This document shows, one piece after another, positions 9,136-14,875 of a DNA stretch of 14,875 nt (its first letter is position 1; each line of letters opens with the position of its first letter). The notes beneath the pieces are model-generated. The model was not told where the DNA came from and did no database searches. It was given only the letters and a program-made list of their open reading frames with translations. This stretch comes from Chlamydiota bacterium. Its GTDB lineage: Bacteria > Chlamydiota > Chlamydiia > Chlamydiales > SM23-39. The stretch lies in the NCBI GenBank assembly GCA_039179045.1, contig JBCDEZ010000037.1:1-14875 (forward strand), given 5' to 3'. Made by a program: the position numbers and the translations under genes.

Positions 9136-9402
9136 GTACCATTCCAATGATTGAGTCTAACACGAGGATTCTGATTCTTTTTTTACCGATTTTTCTTTAC
9201 TTGGGCAAGGATTTTCGAGTTTTTTTTTTACCAGATCCCACCAAAATTCCCCCATGACGAATTTTCCCGATTGATGCAAACTAGATGAGCACAATTTCCT
9301 ACAAAATAGCACGTACAACTAGAAAATTGTAGCGCGACGTGCCTGATTCTTGCATCCATCGCACTAAAGTTTCTAAGGAATTTTAGGAATGCTTTCTTAA
9401 GG

Positions 9403-9432
9403 TTGATCTAAAAACAAGCGCTTGCCTATAAT
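9403..9432 (+). promoter_or_regulatory. Putative sigma70(66)-type promoter for tRNA-Gly/tig
   Basis: TTGATC (9403-9408)-N18 with an A-tract-TATAAT (9427-9432), 13 bp upstream of the tRNA. Confidence 0.7.
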
Positions 9433-9445
9433 TTGACAGTTATAA

Positions 9446-9517
9446 GCGGGTGTAGCTCAGTGGTAGAGCATCACGTTGCCAACGTGAGGGCCGTGAGTTC
9501 AAATCTCATCACCCGCT
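9446..9517 (+). tRNA. tRNA-Gly (anticodon GCC); CCA not encoded
   Basis: Acceptor stem GCGGGTG/CACCCGC, D arm GCTCAGTGGTAGAGC, anticodon arm TCACG-TTGCCAA-CGTGA (GCC at 9478-9480), T arm GTGAG-TTCAAAT-CTCAT, discriminator T. Confidence 0.97.
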
Positions 9518-9551
9518 TTTTTATCCATCAATTACAGCCTGGAATGCTCTT

Positions 9552-10991
9552 GTGAAAGAAGATACCGAAAACACCGATTCCCCTAAAGTAGATCCCGCAA
9601 AGGAAAAATACCTGCAAAAGGAGGGAAGTGACGCAGAAAACTCTGTAGAAATGGAGAAAATACCCAAAGACACCTCTTCTCTTTACAAAAGTGCAGAGGT
9701 GGAGGTGAAGCTCGAGCGCCATCCCAACTGCATTGTGCACCTCCAGGTCACAGCGAATGAACACCTTCTCAAAAAAGCCCATGAAGAGGGCTGGAAAAGC
9801 GTGCGCAAAGACGTGGCTGTCCCTGGCTTTCGCAAAGGGAAAGCTCCCCGGGCTTATATTGAAAAAAATCACGCCGATGCGATCGAAAGTAGGACCCAAA
9901 ACAGCGCTACAAATCTCGCTTTTCGCGCTGCTTTGCAGCTCGTACAAATTCCCTTGCTCAATGATGATACTCGGGTTCGCTGTACGGTTATCGCTTATAC
10001 AGATGATTCGGCAACCTTTGCTTTTGAATACGAAACGCACCCTGATCTTCCCTCTATCGATCTCGGAAAATATCGGAAAGATCCCAAGGTAGTGCGAGCA
10101 GAAGTGGAAGACCGGGAGATCCAAGAATCCATCGAACAGCTCCGCCTTTTTTACGCAAAGTGGACCACAGTCATAGATCGAAGCGTGCAAGAAGGAGATT
10201 ATGTCATACTCGATGTACGATTGGCAGAAGAGCCTGATCAGACCGTTTTTTCTGACACGCGTTTCTCTGTTTCCGATAAAAGGATGGCCGTTTGGATGAA
10301 AAAGCTCGTGATGGGCAAAAAAACAGGGGATGTTGTCGAAGGACCTAGCTTTCCTGATCCTGATTTCACAGAGGCACAAAAAGCGGACTTCACTCCCAAA
10401 AACGCTCTTGTGACCATCAAAAAAATTGAAACTGCAGAACTTCCCGAACTGGACGAATCCTTTGCCCGGCTTGCTGGAGTGGAAAATCTTGAAGAGCTTC
10501 GAGAGCACATCGAGCATATGCTCTCCAATCAATCGGAGGAACACTTCTTAGAGAGTCAGAAAGAGGATATCAACAATTTTTTGATAGAACACACCTTCGA
10601 TATGCCCCGCTCCTTGCTAATGGCAGAAATAAAAAATCGAAAAAAAGCAGCCTTAGAAAATCGCGAGCGAGCCCAAGAAATTGAGGCAATGAGCCCTGAA
10701 GAGAAGAACGCTTGGAATGAAGAGATTGCTACAAAATCGGAAAAAGCGATCCGTCTTTTCTACCTCTCTCGAGAGATCATGCGCAAAGAGAGTCTGACCG
10801 TAACCGAAGAAGAGGTTCAAGACGAAGCAATAAAAACGCTGCGCACCTTTGGTCCCGTGCAGATCGACCCGAGCAATATTTCCCAGGAACTTTTGGCGCT
10901 TGCTCTTTCAAAGGTGATCTTAGAAAAAGTCCAAAAGCTCGTGATTGCAAGGTCTCAGGGAGTCACCCCTACAACCGATGCAACCACATAA
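9552..10991 (+). CDS. tig: Trigger factor (ribosome-associated chaperone/PPIase)
   Basis: Ribosome-binding signature VPGFRKGKAP, DRSVQEGDYVILD and LPELDESFA motifs, and its position upstream of clpP-clpX. The start is either GTG 9552 or ATG 9651. Confidence 0.93.
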   Translation: MKEDTENTDSPKVDPAKEKYLQKEGSDAENSVEMEKIPKDTSSLYKSAEVEVKLERHPNCIVHLQVTANEHLLKKAHEEGWKSVRKDVAVPGFRKGKAPRAYIEKNHADAIESRTQNSATNLAFRAALQLVQIPLLNDDTRVRCTVIAYTDDSATFAFEYETHPDLPSIDLGKYRKDPKVVRAEVEDREIQESIEQLRLFYAKWTTVIDRSVQEGDYVILDVRLAEEPDQTVFSDTRFSVSDKRMAVWMKKLVMGKKTGDVVEGPSFPDPDFTEAQKADFTPKNALVTIKKIETAELPELDESFARLAGVENLEELREHIEHMLSNQSEEHFLESQKEDINNFLIEHTFDMPRSLLMAEIKNRKKAALENRERAQEIEAMSPEEKNAWNEEIATKSEKAIRLFYLSREIMRKESLTVTEEEVQDEAIKTLRTFGPVQIDPSNISQELLALALSKVILEKVQKLVIARSQGVTPTTDATT

Positions 10992-11172
10992 TCGATTTGA
11001 ACCAAGAATACCTTGGACAGAAGCTCTCACTTATGTTCTTAGAAAACATGGTATCGCTTCTAAAAATTCTCAGATAGTAAAGAGGATAGGTCTTTACTTA
11101 CTATTCCTATGTTCTTCTATCATTGCGCTGGCGCTTTGGAAATCGGCTTTTATGCATACCTCTTTCAGTTGA
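10978..11172 (+). CDS. Putative small single-TM protein, 64 aa
   Basis: ATG 10978 overlaps the last 14 nt of tig. The protein has a basic flank followed by the hydrophobic helix IGLYLLFLCSSIIALALW. No homolog recognised. Confidence 0.4.
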   Translation: MQPHNRFEPRIPWTEALTYVLRKHGIASKNSQIVKRIGLYLLFLCSSIIALALWKSAFMHTSFS

Positions 11173-11378
11173 AGAATTGGGTATCTTCAAATCTTTAATG
11201 CGCGGATATCTTTTGCGCGCGCTCTAAATCCAAGTACCAAGAAAGGGCTTTACCTAGCTCAAGCACGACTCTCCCCTGAAGTTACGCCGGGGGAATTCAT
11301 GTCAAAATAGGCATTTGAACGCTCTTTTTCGAGGAAAGACAAGAGAGGCGATTTCCCAAAATTGAGCAATGCAAGTCC

Positions 11379-11407
11379 TTGACAACAATCGCTCTATTTT
11401 CTTTACT
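11379..11407 (+). promoter_or_regulatory. Putative sigma70(66)-type promoter for clpP-clpX
   Basis: Perfect TTGACA (11379-11384)-N17-TTTACT (11402-11407), followed by SD AAGGAG (11427-11432) before ATG 11438. Confidence 0.55.
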
Positions 11408-11437
11408 AAATGGGAGTTAGAAAAATAAGGAGTTCTC

Positions 11438-12079
11438 ATGCCCCGTAGACATACACCGCCTGCAATGTCTTTAACACCCTACGTCGTGGAAGATACAGGA
11501 CGGGGTGAACGCTCTATGGATATTTTCTCCCGTCTTCTGAAAGATCGGATCATTTTTATCGGCACACAGATCAATGATCAGGTCGCCAATATCGTGATTG
11601 CACAGATGCTCTTCCTCAAAATGGAAGATCCCAAAAAAGATATCAATCTGTACATCAACTCTCCAGGAGGTTTGATCTCTTCTGGTCTTGCAATTTTAGA
11701 TACGATGCTCTTCCTTGGGTGCGACGTAACGACCTACTGCATCGGTCAAGCCGTTTCTATGGCGGCTCTTCTCATTGCAGCTGGAAGTAAGGGGAAGCGT
11801 TTTGCCCTGCCAAACAGTCGCATCATGCTTCACCAGCCCTACGGAGGCGTGGGAGGAAGCTCTGCCGACATCAAAATTCAGGCGAGAGAAATTTTGGAAC
11901 TCAAAAAACTCACCTCTGGGCTGATGGCGCAGTATACAGGGCAAGATGCGGTGAAAGTAAGGCAGGATTCAGAGCGGGATTTTTGGATGAACGCATCCGC
12001 TGCAAAAGAGTACGGCATCATCGATGAAATCGCGCAGCCCAAGCGTGCGGAAAAACCGGTAGAGGCGGGCGTTTCATGA
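11438..12079 (+). CDS. clpP: ATP-dependent Clp protease proteolytic subunit (ClpP2-type)
   Basis: [26 protein letters not shown] and YINSPGG motifs. Catalytic Ser in GQAVSMAA, His in MLHQP and Asp in ERDFWM. Confidence 0.97.
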   Translation: MPRRHTPPAMSLTPYVVEDTGRGERSMDIFSRLLKDRIIFIGTQINDQVANIVIAQMLFLKMEDPKKDINLYINSPGGLISSGLAILDTMLFLGCDVTTYCIGQAVSMAALLIAAGSKGKRFALPNSRIMLHQPYGGVGGSSADIKIQAREILELKKLTSGLMAQYTGQDAVKVRQDSERDFWMNASAAKEYGIIDEIAQPKRAEKPVEAGVS

Positions 12080-13293
12080 CAACATGCTCCTTTTGCGGCC
12101 GCAGTGAAGACGCTGTCGAAAAGCTCATTTCTGGACCTAACGCCTATATTTGCGACAAATGTATTGATCTTTGCGTCGATATCATCAAAAAGAAGACTCC
12201 TATAGGAGAGCTTCTTCTTTTGAAGCCCAAAGAGATCAAGGAAAAGCTCGATGAGTACATCATCGGACAAGAATTAGCGAAAAGAACGATCGCTGTCGGA
12301 GTCTACAACCACTATAAGCGCATCCGATCTTTAGCAAAGAGCTCCCAGATCGAGTATGCCAAATCCAATGTCATGCTCATCGGTCCAACGGGATCGGGCA
12401 AGACCCTTATCGCCAGAACTCTGGCAAAAATTCTGGATGTTCCTTTTGCGATCACTGATGCCACTACCTTGACAGAGGCGGGATACGTGGGTGAGGATGT
12501 CGAAAATATCATACTGCGCCTTTTGCAATCGGCCGATTACGACGTCTCCAAAGCAGAAAGAGGCATCATCTATATCGACGAGATTGACAAAATCCGCAAG
12601 ACAAGTGGCAATGTTTCCATTACCCGGGATGTATCTGGTGAGGGGGTACAGCAGGCTCTTTTGAAAATCGTTGAGGGTACGATCGCCAACATTCCCCCAA
12701 AAGGAGGCCGAAAACATCCCAACCAAGAGTACATCAAAGTCAACACACAAAACATCTTGTTCATTGTAGGGGGCGCTTTTGTCCACCTAGACCGGATGAT
12801 AGCTAAAAGACTTGGGAAGAGCACCATCGGGTTTGAAACAGGGGAAAAGGCAAGAGATTCCCACGAGTCGAATTACCTTTTGTCCCAAGTAGAACCAGAA
12901 GATCTGATCGAATTTGGTATGATTCCCGAGTTCATCGGAAGGTTCAACGTGATTGCCAACTGCAATGAATTGACAGTGCGGGATCTGATCGAGATACTCA
13001 GCGTGCCAAAGAATGCCGTCATTCCCGAGTTTACGCAGCTCTTTGCGGAGGAAAATGTGAAGCTTACCTTTACAGAAGAAGCTCTTTGTGCGATTGCAAA
13101 AAAAGCAAAGAAAACAGATACAGGCGCTCGCGCTCTTAGAATGATTGTGGAAAGCTTGCTACGCGACCTCATGTTTGAAGTACCCTCGGATCCCACATTC
13201 GAAGAAATTGTGATCGAAGAGGAGACAGTCACGAAAAAAAAATCTCCTCTCGTGCACAGAAAATCTCAAGAAGCGGCGGAAGAGAGTCTTTAA
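12076..13293 (+). CDS. clpX: ATP-dependent Clp protease ATP-binding subunit ClpX
   Basis: C4 zinc finger CSFC..CDKC, Walker [13 protein letters not shown] pore loop, Walker B IDEIDK, RKH loop, IGF loop and GARALR. ATGA overlap with the clpP stop codon. Confidence 0.98.
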   Translation: MTTCSFCGRSEDAVEKLISGPNAYICDKCIDLCVDIIKKKTPIGELLLLKPKEIKEKLDEYIIGQELAKRTIAVGVYNHYKRIRSLAKSSQIEYAKSNVMLIGPTGSGKTLIARTLAKILDVPFAITDATTLTEAGYVGEDVENIILRLLQSADYDVSKAERGIIYIDEIDKIRKTSGNVSITRDVSGEGVQQALLKIVEGTIANIPPKGGRKHPNQEYIKVNTQNILFIVGGAFVHLDRMIAKRLGKSTIGFETGEKARDSHESNYLLSQVEPEDLIEFGMIPEFIGRFNVIANCNELTVRDLIEILSVPKNAVIPEFTQLFAEENVKLTFTEEALCAIAKKAKKTDTGARALRMIVESLLRDLMFEVPSDPTFEEIVIEEETVTKKKSPLVHRKSQEAAEESL

Positions 13294-13300
13294 GCGCTTC

Positions 13301-14857
13301 TTACTCGTCGAGTTTGCTTGGTCTCGAGATCCTATCTCCCAGAATTATGTGTCCTTTTTCGTAATCCTCATCTCGTATACCTTGGAAGCTCACATTCTGC
13401 AGCAACTCCCCTGGCCCTTCATCTTCATCCATTGTTCCCTCGTAGAAAAGTGAGGAGTAACTTCCGGCTCCTAGGCAAAAGTTTAAGATTCTTGTAGCCA
13501 TGGGATCTGCGTGCAACGGATATTGCAAAAGATTCGAGTCGTGTAGCCTATGACGCACAAGGCTACTTCCCCCTACAATCACTCCCCCTTCTAGAGCCTG
13601 GTGGATATATGCTCTTTCTGCCTCTACCAGTCTCTCTTTTTTCGCGAAAGATCTGAAGTAAGAAGTGGCCTGTGAGAGGTCTTCGCGGAAGTAGCGGGTG
13701 ATATTGTCCTTGAGCATTGCGATCGCTTTGTAAATAGCATGTACCGAATCGGCGTCTTGCATTGCTTGGTGCGCTGCTAAGGAGATCAAAAAAGCTGCAG
13801 GATCGAATTCTTGGGGTGAAAGCCTGCTCCCATACTCTTTCCAGGTATGCAGCTCGTTTTCAAGAGCTGTTTTCTCTCTTGGATCATGCGATCGTTTGAG
13901 TAGCTCTTGGAGCTCGCTTTGGAGCTGATTTTCGTATTCTATCGCTCTTGTTCGCGCCGCTTGGCGCGTAACATGCGCCCCTTGCAATCTTTTTTCGTAC
14001 CACGATATTTCATCATCTGCTAGAGGTCTGCCTAGTATTTTTTCCAAAAGACGGCTGGAATCTGCACTGAGGCGTCCATTATTTTTCTGCAAGGAGAAGT
14101 GAAACCCTTGTTTGCTCCTTTTCGAAAAAGCGCGCATCCTTCCCGTATATTTCGGGTAAGAGCTCGATCGCAAAGATCCTTCAAATATAGCGGAAGGAGA
14201 GCTTGCACCTGACACAGTATATTTCCCATCGAACGAGGGCACTTTGAGAGAACCTGAATACAAGGTATATTCCCTGTGCAAAGCCAAGAGATCCTCGAGC
14301 AAGTTTTGCTGTCCCTCCACGTCTTTTGCGTTTAGTTGCACGTAGAGTTTTTCCCCTTCTACCTCAAAAATGGCAACTCCTGTGAGTAGATCTAAGTAGA
14401 CGAATTGGTTGGGATGAAATGCCCTAGCAACCGCCTCTGCCTGCTGACGACTCGGCACTCCCAAGGTAGACACATGCTTATAAAATGCCTCGCCGAGCAT
14501 CTTTTCTAATCGAGGCTGCAAAGCAGCGAATCTACCCTGCAGCTCTGCCTCTTTCGTGTTGTGTGGAGAAATGGCATAGGAAGTACCGCGCGCCCCGACG
14601 CAAAGATGCAAAGCATGCTCTTCATCGCGTTCCAACACAATATTGTGAGGAATATCGCTCTCTTCTTCTAGAACAACGCTATAATCCGCGCTTTTTTCCC
14701 CTTCTGAAGAAACGCGGGTCTCTTTCCCCTCCTCTTGTTTCGAGTAGAGCCTTTCCTTTGTATCATCTCCTCCGATAGATGGTTTGCCTTCTTCATCCGC
14801 GATAGTAACCGTCATGGCGAAAGCTCTCCTGGGATCACTCAAACTTGGCGTTGACAT
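13301..14857 (-). CDS. Hypothetical protein, 518 aa
   Basis: Long ORF with an ATG and SD (GAGG) upstream. It has an acidic, low-complexity N-terminus (MSTPSLSDP...) and a central coiled-coil-like segment (AIEYENQLQSELQELLKR...ALENELHTW). No family recognised. Confidence 0.85.
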   Translation of the reverse strand: MSTPSLSDPRRAFAMTVTIADEEGKPSIGGDDTKERLYSKQEEGKETRVSSEGEKSADYSVVLEEESDIPHNIVLERDEEHALHLCVGARGTSYAISPHNTKEAELQGRFAALQPRLEKMLGEAFYKHVSTLGVPSRQQAEAVARAFHPNQFVYLDLLTGVAIFEVEGEKLYVQLNAKDVEGQQNLLEDLLALHREYTLYSGSLKVPSFDGKYTVSGASSPSAIFEGSLRSSSYPKYTGRMRAFSKRSKQGFHFSLQKNNGRLSADSSRLLEKILGRPLADDEISWYEKRLQGAHVTRQAARTRAIEYENQLQSELQELLKRSHDPREKTALENELHTWKEYGSRLSPQEFDPAAFLISLAAHQAMQDADSVHAIYKAIAMLKDNITRYFREDLSQATSYFRSFAKKERLVEAERAYIHQALEGGVIVGGSSLVRHRLHDSNLLQYPLHADPMATRILNFCLGAGSYSSLFYEGTMDEDEGPGELLQNVSFQGIRDEDYEKGHIILGDRISRPSKLDE

Positions 14858-14875
14858 AGTTTTGCCTCTCTTACA

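Noticed and set aside
9446..9517. tRNA-Gly as an integration site for an island
   Set aside because: There is no integrase and no duplicated tRNA 3' end in the window.
9528..10544. 338-aa minus-strand ORF
   Set aside because: It lies antisense to tig, is F/I/C-rich with no motif, and is best explained as a shadow frame.
11696..13232. Minus-strand ORFs opposite clpP and clpX
   Set aside because: They are antisense shadows of conserved genes.

Overview
This is a bacterial chromosomal segment, most likely from an environmental member of the Chlamydiota. The inference rests on the chlamydia-type gene order mreB-SWIM/SNF2 helicase <> tRNA-Gly-tig-clpP2-clpX and on an MreB with an N-terminal extension. 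Positions 3138-13293 are housekeeping genes: lptB, ndk, mreB, a SWIM-SNF2 ATPase, tRNA-Gly(GCC), tig, clpP and clpX. Positions 1-2962 are an accessory zone not explained by the ORF track. It holds two decayed IS5/IS903-group elements with recognisable terminal inverted repeats, a probable IS630 remnant and two orphan hydrophobic genes, one of them Inc-like. A 518-aa orphan gene closes the window. I see no clearly novel multi-gene system. The best leads are the IS-bracketed orphan membrane genes, a small one-TM ORF overlapping the end of tig, a nested inverted-repeat element at 9268-9361, a putative ClpP propeptide and a possible bidirectional promoter between ndk and mreB. Family assignments come from motifs recognised by eye, not from database searches.
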